DNA from: Candidatus Colwellbacteria bacterium
GTDB lineage: Bacteria; Patescibacteriota; Minisyncoccia; UBA6257; Colwellbacteraceae
NCBI GenBank assembly: GCA_027448785.1
Contig: DAIDMW010000004.1
Coordinates: forward strand, 1 to 49,921
Reading direction: 5' to 3'
DNA length: 49,921 nucleotides
Below the pieces are notes generated by a model that saw only the letters and a list, made by a program, of their open reading frames with translations, searched no databases and was not told where the DNA came from. Positions 38,337-48,020 of this stretch are shown one piece after another. Both the position numbers and the translations under genes were made by a program. How positions within the stretch are numbered: position 1 is the stretch's first letter; each line of letters opens with the position of its first letter.

Positions 38337-38852
38337 ATGAAACGAAAAGCAGCAATAATAGCGATAATTGCCGCGGTTGTCGTGGCGGCGGTAATCATCA
38401 TAATCACCAACAGCAAGGTCGCGAGCGAGCCGACACAGACCGCGACGCAGCCGACACAGACCGCGACGTCGTCAGTAACAACTAATCAAACAACCACTAT
38501 GGAAAGCACAACTTTGCCCGACGGGCTGCAGATAACCGATTTAGTAGTAGGCACCGGAACACAAGCGATGGCCGGAGACACTGTTAGCGTCGATTATGTC
38601 GGAACTCTGACCAACGGCAAGCAATTTGACAGTACCGCGGCCCACGGCGGCCAGCCTTTCAGCTTCGTCTTGGGGGCTGGACAGGTGATCCGCGGCTGGG
38701 ACGAAGGAGTCGCCGGAATGCGCGTAGGAGGGGAGAGAAAGTTGGTTATCCCGCCTTCCTTGGGCTATGGTAGCCAGTCGGTCGGCAACGGCCTGATTCC
38801 CGCCAACTCGACTCTTATCTTCACCGTTAAGCTCTTGGCAGTTCAGCCGTAA
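38337..38852 (+). CDS. Membrane-anchored FKBP-type peptidyl-prolyl isomerase
   Basis: N-terminal TM, Thr-rich linker with a 21-bp tandem repeat (38428-38468), VDYVGTL..FDS, VIRGWDEG, IPPSLGYG. Confidence 0.93.
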   Translation: MKRKAAIIAIIAAVVVAAVIIIITNSKVASEPTQTATQPTQTATSSVTTNQTTTMESTTLPDGLQITDLVVGTGTQAMAGDTVSVDYVGTLTNGKQFDSTAAHGGQPFSFVLGAGQVIRGWDEGVAGMRVGGERKLVIPPSLGYGSQSVGNGLIPANSTLIFTVKLLAVQP

Positions 38853-38853
38853 T

Positions 38854-40923
38854 TTAGGCGTTAACTCCTAATTGCCAGAAGATAAAACTCCATTCATCAG
38901 CCGCTTTCTCTATTAATCGAGAGATGTCCGAAGCTCCGCCATGGCCGGCGTTCCTTTCAACACGGAGGATAATCGGGTTATTTTTGTTAACCTCCTGCAG
39001 CCTGGCAGCTATCTTAAATGCCTGCCCAGGATGTACCCGATCGTCTTTATCTCCGGTTACTATTAAAGTAGCCGGATACTCCACTTGGTCTCGAATGTTA
39101 TGGTAAGGACTGTATTTAAGCAGATAATCGAACATATCTAAATCCTCCGCGCTTCCATAGTCCGGTATCCAGTGCCTGCCTCCATGAAAAAGGTGATAGC
39201 GCAACATATCCGCCACCGGAACGCCCATTATAACGGCCTTAGCCAGCGCGGGCTCCTGCGTCATAAACGCACCCACGAGAAGCCCTCCATTGCTGGCTCC
39301 GCTGATCGCCAAATGATCGGAATTAGTATAGCGATTCTCGATGAGCCACTTGGCCGCTGCTATGAAGTCGTCAAAAGTGTTTTGCTTTTGTTTTTTCGTT
39401 CCAGCCGCATGCCACTCTTCGCCAAACTCGCCGCCTCCTCTTAAGTTGGCAATCGCGTAAACTCCGCCGCGTTCTATGAAGGGGATTATGCTCTTATTAA
39501 AGGATGGGGTCAGGCTGATGTTAAACCCGCCGTACCCATATAGCACCGTGTGGTTGAGCCTATCTTTTCTTAAGTTGCGCTTATGGATAAGAAACATCGG
39601 CACCCTTGTCCCGTCGCGCGAGATAAACCATACTTGTTCCGTCTCCAGTGACTGCAGATCGAAATTAACTTCCTGTTGTTCTATAACCGATATGCCGCCG
39701 CCGTTTATGTCTATTCGGAAAACGGTGAACGGGTAGGCGAACGAGTTAAAGCTGTAAAATATTTCCGATCCCTCCGGCTCAGCCGCCATGCGCATGCAAG
39801 TGCCAATGCCGGGGAAATCGATATCGCGCCTCAACTTCCCGTCCATGAAGTACTCTCGTAAGGACGAATGCACGTTCTCCAGCGTTAAGACGAATATTCG
39901 GTCTTGAACCATCTCAAATTCTTCTATGTTTCTTCCCTCGACCTCCGGAATGACAGTCTCCCACTGTCCTCCTCCGTTTTCCAAGTCGTTCAACGGAATT
40001 CGTTGTATCTTTCCCCACGGAGCCTGACAACTGGTTTGTAGGTAGAAGTAGCCGCGATGGGGAGCGCCTTTGAAGTAAATATCGCTTTCTCCGCGGATGC
40101 CTTGAATAACCGGCCGGAACTCTTTTTCGCCTTTTTCTAAATCGCGTATGTATATTTCCATCCGCTCCCGCTTCTCTGAGGAAATACTTACGTGCACCAC
40201 CAAATAGCGGCCGTCCATGGAGCAGAAGACACCTGGAGAGTCTTCCTTAGCCAAATCCTTTCCATAAACCATTTCATCTTCCGTATAAGAGGTGTTTAAG
40301 CGATGATAATAAGCTTTTCGATGAAATTTTTCTTCGCCGGTCGGAACGTTTTCCATTCTTCGCGTATACCAAAAACCGCTATTATCCATAGACCATGATC
40401 CATTGCGCGGATAAAGATTGGCCGGTATACACTCACCCAGAGTTTTCCTGTTATCGATATCCATAACATATAAAGAGCTTTGATCGTTAGACGATTCAGA
40501 CAAAGTGTAGGTGATGAACTTCGCATCTTTAGAAACGTTATAGCCGGTAATAGCCACCGGATGTCCTTGTTCTTTGGAAAGCTTGTTGGTATCGACTAAA
40601 AGCTGGGGTTGACCGTCTAAGCCTTCTTTGAAGTAGAGAGAGGCGTGATCCTCCTCAGCCTTTCGCTTCATAAAGAAATACCGGCCGGCGCGAGGATAAA
40701 GAAACGGCGTGCTGTCCTGTCGGTATAACTTCTGGAACTCCTTCAATAATCCTTCGCGAGAGGGGAGGCTGTTTATGATAGATTCAGTGTAAGCGTCTTG
40801 CGATTCAAGCCAGGAGCGCGTTTCTTGACTATCTACATCTTCCAGCCAGCGGTAAGGATCGCTTATTTCAACGCCGTGCAGGACTTCTTTAAATTCTTTT
40901 TTAGGCGTAATTGGTTTGTCCAT
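38854..40923 (-). CDS. Prolyl oligopeptidase (peptidase S9A)
   Basis: DPYRWLE, YGYGGF, NLRGGGE, GASNGG nucleophile, DDRV, AGH. Confidence 0.95.
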   Translation of the reverse strand: MDKPITPKKEFKEVLHGVEISDPYRWLEDVDSQETRSWLESQDAYTESIINSLPSREGLLKEFQKLYRQDSTPFLYPRAGRYFFMKRKAEEDHASLYFKEGLDGQPQLLVDTNKLSKEQGHPVAITGYNVSKDAKFITYTLSESSNDQSSLYVMDIDNRKTLGECIPANLYPRNGSWSMDNSGFWYTRRMENVPTGEEKFHRKAYYHRLNTSYTEDEMVYGKDLAKEDSPGVFCSMDGRYLVVHVSISSEKRERMEIYIRDLEKGEKEFRPVIQGIRGESDIYFKGAPHRGYFYLQTSCQAPWGKIQRIPLNDLENGGGQWETVIPEVEGRNIEEFEMVQDRIFVLTLENVHSSLREYFMDGKLRRDIDFPGIGTCMRMAAEPEGSEIFYSFNSFAYPFTVFRIDINGGGISVIEQQEVNFDLQSLETEQVWFISRDGTRVPMFLIHKRNLRKDRLNHTVLYGYGGFNISLTPSFNKSIIPFIERGGVYAIANLRGGGEFGEEWHAAGTKKQKQNTFDDFIAAAKWLIENRYTNSDHLAISGASNGGLLVGAFMTQEPALAKAVIMGVPVADMLRYHLFHGGRHWIPDYGSAEDLDMFDYLLKYSPYHNIRDQVEYPATLIVTGDKDDRVHPGQAFKIAARLQEVNKNNPIILRVERNAGHGGASDISRLIEKAADEWSFIFWQLGVNA

Positions 40924-40986
40924 CTAAATAGAAAGATAGACTTCGTCGATGCCTTTTTCAATAGTTTTTCAGCGATGATTTCCGAC

Positions 40987-41015
40987 TTGAAAAATCCTAT
41001 ATACGAGGGTAAAAT
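40987..41015 (+). promoter_or_regulatory. Putative sigma70 promoter of tRNA-Gln
   Basis: TTGAAA-N17-TAAAAT ending 11 nt before the tRNA. Confidence 0.65.
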
Positions 41016-41026
41016 CTAGTGGATTT

Positions 41027-41100
41027 TGCCGGATCGTCTAATGGTAGGACGCCTGACTCTGAATCAGGTAATCTTGGTTCGAATCCAGGTCCGGCAGCCA
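41027..41100 (+). tRNA. tRNA-Gln (anticodon CTG)
   Basis: Acceptor stem TGCCGGA/TCCGGCA, anticodon arm CCTGA-CTCTGAA-TCAGG, GGTTCGAATCC T arm, encoded CCA. Confidence 0.96.
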
Positions 41101-41298
41101 TTCAACTCGCTTCACTGAACCCAAAGTCCTACTTCACTCCACTAGACCCTTTCCGAAATGGTGTCCTTAGCCCCTCGGCCTGCTGGTTTCTGGACTTTGC
41201 GTGGCGTGTCTAAATTCCTCCCCAACCTTATTTTGTGTGCCCGAGGGCGCTTGTTGTGAGCTGGACGAAACCAATTTTGGTTTAGTATTATTATTTGT

Positions 41299-43068
41299 AT
41301 GTTTGAGGTAGAAAAGAAAAGAATAAAAACACTTTTTAATGAGACTAGGAGTTTTGTAATCCCTGATTTTCAGAGAGGCTTTGCTTGGGGGATTGAAGAA
41401 GTAGATGAGTTCTATGACGATCTTAGAAATGAGACCTTGTTTTTCATAGGCTCTTTTATCTTAAAAGTTACACCTGAGTCGAGAGCTGAAAGAGTTGAGA
41501 TAATCGATGGACAGCAAAGAACGATAACTCTAGCATTATTTTACGCTGCTTTAAGTCATCTCCTGGATCATTCGATTGAACAAGAAAATGTTAAGGATGC
41601 AAGTCTTAATGCTCACGAACTTAGGAAAAGTATCGCCGAAGTTGATCCAGCTCGTCCAACCAATATTTCAAAGTTCAAAATAGATTTCCAAAATGATGCT
41701 ACTAACAAATTATTCGCTGCACTTTTATCTGAGAAAGACTTAGATGAATTACCTGGTAATGAGGATCTTGTGAAAAAAGTTAAAAAAGTCTATGGGAGAA
41801 TTCGTGAGTTGATAGAAGACGATACTAATCTGAGCTATCAGAAACTTATTGACTTAAAGCAAAAGATTGAAGATACAGAAATAATTATTATTACAATTCA
41901 AAAAGACGAACTTGCCTATCAGATTTTTGAGACTGTTAACGCTAGAGGTGTTGATTTAACAGTCGCAGAGTTACTAAAGAATCATCTTTTCAAAACAATC
42001 TCTGATCATGAATTGCTCAAGAAAAAATGGGCAGAGATAACTGATAATTTAAAACAGACTCAAGTTAAGCAGCTTGACCTCTCAACTGGATTAAGGTTTT
42101 ACTGGATATCGAATTTTGAGCACATAACCAAACGGAGACTATATCGCGCCATAAAAGATAAGCTATCGAAAGGGGAGATAACAGAAAATGATCTTCTAGA
42201 AGATATATATGATTTTAGCGTTGATTTAAGCAGGATCTATGATATAGATCAGAATAGATGGGTCGCTCTTTTCAAGAAAACGACTAAAGAGAGAAGGCAG
42301 GCGGCTCGCTGGTTTTTCTACAAAAATGATTCTGTTAGAGTGTTCTCAAAATCGATACAATACTTGCCTATATTTACAGCTCTTCTTAAACAGAGAGAGA
42401 AAGTGGATATAACATCTTCAGCTTTTAGGAAATTAATTCATGCAATGGAAAGTATAAATTTTATATACTTAGAGGTTATGAATTTGCCAGGTAATGTCCT
42501 TGAAAAGAAATATAGCGAATACTCCCGTAAGATTAACCAATCAAAGAACTCAGAAGAACTGACTGGTAATATTACTAAATTGTATAAGGAACTGGTAGGT
42601 ATTATTAAAGGAAAAACCGATAGGCAGCAAGTCCGAGATTATATTGCCAATCTAAGATATAGTAATAAGAAAGACTACAATATTATTATGTTTATTTTTG
42701 CTCGACTTGAATATCTCAAGTCTGATTTCGGAGTTACGATAAATCCGACAAACGTTAGTGCTGAGCATATCTATTCTCAAAGCGGCATTGGCTCTTCCGA
42801 AGAGATTGATTATGAACTTGGGCATTCCATAGGCAATCTCACTATTATGGAGTTCAGTGGCCCAAATGGTAATGGTGGTTTAAATGACGATTCTTTCGAA
42901 AAGAAGCAGGAGACGTATAAGAAAAGTCCTTATGCTATGACAAGAAATTTATGCGATTATTCAAAATGGGGAGAAAAAGAAATAAAAGAAAGGACAAGTC
43001 GATTTGCTGATCTGGTCTGGAGAGTTTGGGGACCAGATCAAGAAATAAAGGAATTCGATATACTCTAG
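41299..43068 (+). CDS. GmrSD-type (DUF262 + DUF1524/HNH) modification-dependent nuclease
   Basis: FVIPDFQRGFAW, IIDGQQR, IFETVNARG (DUF262); SAEHIYSQ and SIGNLT..N (DUF1524). Confidence 0.88.
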   Translation: MFEVEKKRIKTLFNETRSFVIPDFQRGFAWGIEEVDEFYDDLRNETLFFIGSFILKVTPESRAERVEIIDGQQRTITLALFYAALSHLLDHSIEQENVKDASLNAHELRKSIAEVDPARPTNISKFKIDFQNDATNKLFAALLSEKDLDELPGNEDLVKKVKKVYGRIRELIEDDTNLSYQKLIDLKQKIEDTEIIIITIQKDELAYQIFETVNARGVDLTVAELLKNHLFKTISDHELLKKKWAEITDNLKQTQVKQLDLSTGLRFYWISNFEHITKRRLYRAIKDKLSKGEITENDLLEDIYDFSVDLSRIYDIDQNRWVALFKKTTKERRQAARWFFYKNDSVRVFSKSIQYLPIFTALLKQREKVDITSSAFRKLIHAMESINFIYLEVMNLPGNVLEKKYSEYSRKINQSKNSEELTGNITKLYKELVGIIKGKTDRQQVRDYIANLRYSNKKDYNIIMFIFARLEYLKSDFGVTINPTNVSAEHIYSQSGIGSSEEIDYELGHSIGNLTIMEFSGPNGNGGLNDDSFEKKQETYKKSPYAMTRNLCDYSKWGEKEIKERTSRFADLVWRVWGPDQEIKEFDIL

Positions 43069-43215
43069 CCTATCGAGGCTGATTAAAAACCTTGGCTAGT
43101 GGCCTCGAGCTGAAATAGTTTTAAACGCAATTTGGAGGGGTAAATAGCCTCGGAATGTAGGAGTAAGACGATCATTACCTATAAAATATACTCGGGCTAC
43201 ATCCGCCGGACGAGC

Positions 43216-43251
43216 GCTTCGACAAGCTCAGTGCAAACTGCTTCGACAAGC
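43216..43251. repeat. REP-like CTTCGACAAGCTCAG unit plus partial second copy
   Basis: GCTTCGACAAGC at 43216 and 43240 (24-bp period); same family as the 28,112 repeat. Confidence 0.65.
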
Positions 43252-43310
43252 AAAATATTTCGCATTATCATTAATGTAAATTTTTAATTGCGTATCGCTG
43301 TATCAATTAA

Positions 43311-43733
43311 ATGGAGCTGCCAATCAAAATTGAAGGAATAATGTATGCCGTCAAAGACGGTGGCGTTAAGTTTTTAATCCTAAAGAGATCCCAGGAAGAC
43401 GGAGATTTTTGGCAGCCGCTAACCGGAACTCTCGAAGAAGGGGAAACTTTAAAAGGATGCCTTTTAAGGGAGTTAAAGGAAGAGACTGGCATCGAGAAAG
43501 TAGTAAAGGTTAGTGATGAGGTTTGGAGGTTTAATTGGCTTAAAGGCAATGATGTTATAACTGAGTTTGTTTTTGGAATAGAACTTTATCCGGGTAGCGA
43601 GATTACGCTCGATCCGAAAGAGCATTCGGATTTTGGATGGTATGACTTTAACGAAGCCGTAGATATGTTGGGTAGGGAAAATAATAAAAAGGCATTTGAA
43701 ATTTTCTATAATAAATTGCAGGTGAAGTTGTAA
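43311..43733 (+). CDS. Nudix hydrolase (NudB-like)
   Basis: FWQPLTGTLEEGE....RELKEETGI Nudix box; KEHSDFGW. Confidence 0.9.
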   Translation: MELPIKIEGIMYAVKDGGVKFLILKRSQEDGDFWQPLTGTLEEGETLKGCLLRELKEETGIEKVVKVSDEVWRFNWLKGNDVITEFVFGIELYPGSEITLDPKEHSDFGWYDFNEAVDMLGRENNKKAFEIFYNKLQVKL

Positions 43734-43754
43734 TTATAAGCATACGTAAACCTT

Positions 43755-44156
43755 ATGGATATTTTTACTCAGATAAAGAGACTTAATTTTCCGCTCGATC
43801 AATACGTAGTTTTCGGAGGCGCTGCAATCGCGGCAAGAGGCATACGCGAGACTAACGACGCCGATATTCTAGTAACTAAGGAATTGCTCGATAAATGCGC
43901 TCAAGATGGACAATGGAAAATTCATCCGCGTTTGGACCCAAACGAACCAGCGGGGCTTGATAACGGAATTATTGAAATTTACCCAACGATTGGAGGCGGA
44001 TTCTCGACAAACTTCAAAGAACTGCGGGCGAATGCCGATATGATAGATGGCATTCCTTTCTGCAGCTTAGAGGACGTTATTCGAATCAAGGAAGTATATG
44101 GGCGGGAAAAAGACTTAAAGGATGTTGAGCTTATAAGACGGTATCTTATAAGCTAA
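43755..44156 (+). CDS. Small nucleotidyltransferase-fold protein
   Basis: VVFGGAAIAARGIRETNDADILV (GG...DxD) and C-terminal GREKDLKD. Confidence 0.7.
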   Translation: MDIFTQIKRLNFPLDQYVVFGGAAIAARGIRETNDADILVTKELLDKCAQDGQWKIHPRLDPNEPAGLDNGIIEIYPTIGGGFSTNFKELRANADMIDGIPFCSLEDVIRIKEVYGREKDLKDVELIRRYLIS

Positions 44157-44293
44157 AATGTCCTTTTCGTCCTATTTGGTGGCCAGACCGGGACGGGTTG
44201 TCTCCAATCTTTATTGGATGTTTAATTATGTTGGGTTAGATAAGTTACCGAATTTTAGAATTTATTATCATTACTAAAATTTATTTAAAAGCC

Positions 44294-44926
44294 ATGCCTA
44301 AAGTTAACAGGGTATATGAGTGGATACAATTTTACGGAAGTTATCTGGCAATCGCTTATTTGGGATGTCAAGAACTTGAAGATAAAAAATATAAAACTCC
44401 GGATAATAAGGAATACGAAATAGAGGATCTTATAATTCCGGTTTATTTTAATCTTAAGCATGGAATAGAAATTTATATAAAAACCCTCCACTTAGTTTTG
44501 GATGATAAGTATGACCAAGGTCATGATATTAAAATATTGTTTAGCAAATTAAAAACAAAGATCGACAATAATAAACCCAATATTAAAGAAACTACTGCTC
44601 CAAATAACTATATTGTGACAAAGGATGATGTTGAAAAATTTCCTGAATATTTAAATGAGATAGAAGATAGTATTAATTACTTCTACGAAGTTGGATTATT
44701 ACAAAAGAAAATAAAGGATAACTTTCTTATTTACGACGAAATGAACGATATATTCCGTTATCCAGAGAATAAAGCAACAATAGATATAGAGTGGCCAGCG
44801 ATTTTGAAAAGATTTAATAGTCAAGATATTTTAGAAATTAAAGAGCAGGTAAAAAATCTGTGGGCATTATGCAACATAACTGGGTATATATTATCAGTGT
44901 GCTCACAAAATAGTATTACTATTTAG
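44294..44926 (+). CDS. Hypothetical protein, HEPN-like
   Basis: PVYFNLKHGIEIYIK...GHDI...DIFRYP resembles HEPN E-x-x-L-K...H...RY; AT-rich. Confidence 0.55.
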   Translation: MPKVNRVYEWIQFYGSYLAIAYLGCQELEDKKYKTPDNKEYEIEDLIIPVYFNLKHGIEIYIKTLHLVLDDKYDQGHDIKILFSKLKTKIDNNKPNIKETTAPNNYIVTKDDVEKFPEYLNEIEDSINYFYEVGLLQKKIKDNFLIYDEMNDIFRYPENKATIDIEWPAILKRFNSQDILEIKEQVKNLWALCNITGYILSVCSQNSITI

Positions 44927-44994
44927 TTTTTTTTCAAAAGCTGCTGCGTTATAAAATCTACACTCTTAAGAACCTGAACATTTCTATAATCCTT

Positions 44995-46011
44995 ATGCCA
45001 ATAGACTTTAATAAACTTAAGCACATCGATCTACTTAGAGACGAAATGTATAAATCGATTTTATTATTGTTCCCAGTAGAATTAAGTAACACAACCGACT
45101 TGTCGCTACTAATGATTAGTGATAGCGGTATAGAAATAGCTAATCCTAGTGCAGAAGAAAAAAGTACAATTACCTCTCTTGAAAGTTATTTAACAGATTC
45201 CAGTGAGCTACCGGTTAAACCTTTCCTTTTTATTCTTAATAAACTTTCCTCTCCTGAAAAACCTAGTGTTGGCTTAAAGCTTTTCGAAAGGTCTCGAATA
45301 CTTCGCATCGCGATAAGTATTTTAACAAGTAAAGCTTGCTTTGAGAGGGCTATGTTTCATTACAACGATACGCTTAAACCGCCATCATATTATAAACCGC
45401 TTGTAATTGATAATAATATAGCTGAAAGTACATATTTTGATAAACCTGCAGTAATTTCAATAAAAGACAATCTCGATTCTTTAAAGCTAATTTACAACAG
45501 ACTCACAAGCCTAAAATTATGGGGATATAACCATTCTTTTTCTAAACTTTCTAATGCGGTAAAGTTCTACGAACTTTTTATTAATAAAGACGAGTGGATT
45601 CTCCAAAAGATCGTCTTTGCAATTTCTATATTAGAAAGTGTGTTTAGCGACTCAAAGACAGAAATCGCGGAAAAAATAGCAGTTCGTACCACATATTTCT
45701 TATTTCCTAACGACGTAGACGCACGCCATAAAATTTATAATTTATTAAAGACCACTTATGATTGTAGAAGTCAATTTTTACATGGCTCAAACGTAGATAT
45801 TCCGAAGATAGAAAAAAAATTAAGCAGTATAAAAGATGCTAAATATAGTTTTTACTTTGATCTGCCAGACGAACTTCTTAGTATTATATCTCAAGTATTA
45901 CTAAAGATTATTTCTGAAGAATCGTACTATGAATTCTTTTCAAAAGAATTAACATCTGAAGAGGAATCTGATTTTTATAATCAACTAGTCCTCGGTAAAA
46001 ATGATAAATAA
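44995..46011 (+). CDS. ApeA-like HEPN domain protein
   Basis: C-terminal ILESVF...EIAEKIAVR...YDCRSQFLHG (R-x4-H-G). Confidence 0.72.
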   Translation: MPIDFNKLKHIDLLRDEMYKSILLLFPVELSNTTDLSLLMISDSGIEIANPSAEEKSTITSLESYLTDSSELPVKPFLFILNKLSSPEKPSVGLKLFERSRILRIAISILTSKACFERAMFHYNDTLKPPSYYKPLVIDNNIAESTYFDKPAVISIKDNLDSLKLIYNRLTSLKLWGYNHSFSKLSNAVKFYELFINKDEWILQKIVFAISILESVFSDSKTEIAEKIAVRTTYFLFPNDVDARHKIYNLLKTTYDCRSQFLHGSNVDIPKIEKKLSSIKDAKYSFYFDLPDELLSIISQVLLKIISEESYYEFFSKELTSEEESDFYNQLVLGKNDK

Positions 46012-46057
46012 CAAATTAAGGAATTATATATAATCTATACTTAAAACATATAAAAAC

Positions 46058-46369
46058 ATGAAGAAATGCCCATATTGCGCAGAAGAAATACAAGGTGATG
46101 CTATTTTCTGCAAACATTGCAGAAAAAGCCTAAATAATTCCACATCTTCAGACGAAGGAGAGAAAAATTGGCTTGTGGCTCTGCTTCTATCCATCTTTCT
46201 TGGTGGCCTAGGTGTAGATAGATTTTATCTAGGAAAAATAGATACCGGCATACTAAAACTGATAACTTTCGGTGGATTTGGGATATGGTGGCTTATTGAC
46301 GTCATTTTAATCGCGACGGACAGCATGCGCGATAGTGGGGGTAGAAGACTAAAACATACAGAGGCTTAG
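46058..46369 (+). CDS. Zinc-ribbon plus TM2 domain membrane protein
   Basis: KKCPYCAEEI..DAIFCKHC then LLSIFLGGLGVDRFYLG...GIWWLID. Confidence 0.88.
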   Translation: MKKCPYCAEEIQGDAIFCKHCRKSLNNSTSSDEGEKNWLVALLLSIFLGGLGVDRFYLGKIDTGILKLITFGGFGIWWLIDVILIATDSMRDSGGRRLKHTEA

Positions 46370-46476
46370 CTTTTAGAGTTGAGTTTTAAAGAGTTTTCTT
46401 TTGGAATTATAAATATATTTGAATTCCAACGGCGTCCCAAGTTTGCAGGGCGACGTATTAATTGAGCTGGTTGTCA

Positions 46477-47265
46477 TTAATCGGTTGAAAAAAGCGATAA
46501 TGTAACGGTGCAAGGGCATTCTGACGGTGCGTCTTTGGGGCGGTTTTGGTAGTCTATCCTAAAGCCGGTAATAATCACTTTTCCATTTTTTCTATATCCC
46601 GTTTGTCCGCCCACATGTCCTCCGGCCGCCAAGTCGTTAGCAATACTCCAACCTAAAGCCTTCAATTTTTGGTCGTAATAATTGCTGAAAGGCGTAATAA
46701 CGCTCCCGGGATTCATTCCGGCGGATAATGGAAGCGAAGAAATGCTGGCGCCTGAGTAGTTGGTAGTTCCGATAAGAAAGCTTTCCACGCCGGAAGCGTT
46801 CCACTGTGCTTTGTTATAAAGAGGATAAAGATCCGAAGACAGCCTTGGATGGGTGATGATAAATTCCTTACTTTCAGAGGAAATCGGATTTGTAACCGGC
46901 ACGGATTTGTAGGCGCTAATTCCCAAAACGTAAGTTCCATTCGGATACATTGTAGATATTGTCCAGGTGACCGAACCGGTATTTGAAAGATTGGTAAAAA
47001 TAATCGGATCAAACTCTTGACCCTCCTGTTGAAGCGGAGGAGGAGGAATCCGCCGAATGGTTATAGAAATCTTATCAACGGCTGGGATGTCTTTGGTTTT
47101 CCAGGAAATAACGTGCTTCTCGCCCGGTTGCCAGTTTTCGCCGCCAATTGGCGAAGTTATAACTATTTCCGGGGAGATTAATTTAGCGGGTGGCCGCCAA
47201 TATACAAAAGCGATTACGGCGACACCGAGAGATAGAGCAAAAACCAATAACCAGACCGGTTTCAC
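46477..47265 (-). CDS. Membrane-anchored surface protein with Ig-like domain
   Basis: N-terminal TM, ITSPIGGENWQPGEKHVISW...NTGSVTWTI; GTG start. Confidence 0.7.
   Translation of the reverse strand: MKPVWLLVFALSLGVAVIAFVYWRPPAKLISPEIVITSPIGGENWQPGEKHVISWKTKDIPAVDKISITIRRIPPPPLQQEGQEFDPIIFTNLSNTGSVTWTISTMYPNGTYVLGISAYKSVPVTNPISSESKEFIITHPRLSSDLYPLYNKAQWNASGVESFLIGTTNYSGASISSLPLSAGMNPGSVITPFSNYYDQKLKALGWSIANDLAAGGHVGGQTGYRKNGKVIITGFRIDYQNRPKDAPSECPCTVTLSLFSTD
46503..46579. repeat. 77-bp exact direct repeat, copy 1
   Basis: Identical to 49845-49921. Confidence 0.95.
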
Positions 47266-47382
47266 ACTATTATTGTACTTTTAAAAAACAAAACCGTTAA
47301 TCCTCAATACTGACTCCCTCAATAATATTTTGATCTTTTTGCTGATAGGAAAAGAGATTTTATTTCATGTTATACTTCCCGT

Positions 47383-47652
47383 ATGGCTGGTAAAAGAATC
47401 CCTGCCGGCGTGGTTCACGAGCTGCCGCCGGATTTGCGCAAGGCCCTAATGTCCGATCCAGCAGCCCTGGAAAAATGGGAGGATATAACGCCTTTGGCGC
47501 GCAACGAATGGATTTGTTGGACGATCTCCGTTAAAAAGGCGGAAACCAGGGATCAACATGTCGCAAGAGTACTCTCCGAGCTTAAGGATGGGATTCGAAG
47601 ACCATGTTGCTGGCCGGGCTGCCAACATCGCGAAAATAAATCTAAATCATAA
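47383..47652 (+). CDS. YdeI/OmpD-associated family protein
   Basis: LPPDLRKAL...ITPLARNEWICW...KKAETR...RRPCCWPGC. Confidence 0.85.
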   Translation: MAGKRIPAGVVHELPPDLRKALMSDPAALEKWEDITPLARNEWICWTISVKKAETRDQHVARVLSELKDGIRRPCCWPGCQHRENKSKS

Positions 47653-47653
47653 A

Positions 47654-47917
47654 ATGGCTGATAGAAAATACTGGTTCAGAAAAAGAAAATACGGTGCGGG
47701 GCTTACTCCGGCCACTTGGCAGGGATGGCTTTTATTAATAGTGTTTGTCCTGCTTTTTCTTTCCATCCCGCATTTAAGCGGAAATCTGAATTATGCGAGC
47801 AATAGAACAAAAATCATTGCGGAACTTGTTATATTAGTAGCGGTTTTTGTCACGGCCGTTTATTGGAAAGGAGAGAAGCCTATCCGGTGGCGTTGGGGCA
47901 AGAAAACGTCTGAATAA
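47654..47917 (+). CDS. Small 2-TM hypothetical protein
   Basis: YWFRKRKYGAGLTPATWQGW...KGEKPIRWRWG; ATG 47654 directly after the previous stop. Confidence 0.75.
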   Translation: MADRKYWFRKRKYGAGLTPATWQGWLLLIVFVLLFLSIPHLSGNLNYASNRTKIIAELVILVAVFVTAVYWKGEKPIRWRWGKKTSE

Positions 47918-47942
47918 ATGGTTGGTGTCTTGAAAACAAAGT

Positions 47943-47971
47943 AGGCCGCTACAACTTTAGGTAGCGGCCTA
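47943..47971. terminator. Hairpin between convergent genes
   Basis: TAGGCCGCTAC-N8-GTAGCGGCCTA flanked by A-runs. Confidence 0.55.
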
Positions 47972-48020
47972 AAAGGCTGGCGAAAAATTTTCATCCCAGC
48001 CGGCTTAAAAACACACTTTT

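Noticed and set aside
41019-41213. 64-aa ORF
   Set aside because: Overlaps tRNA-Gln; spurious.
41232-41250. GTGCCCGAGGG as a reversed tRNA-Leu-like 3' end
   Set aside because: Only about 11 nt, with no CCA or T-stem; too short to support.
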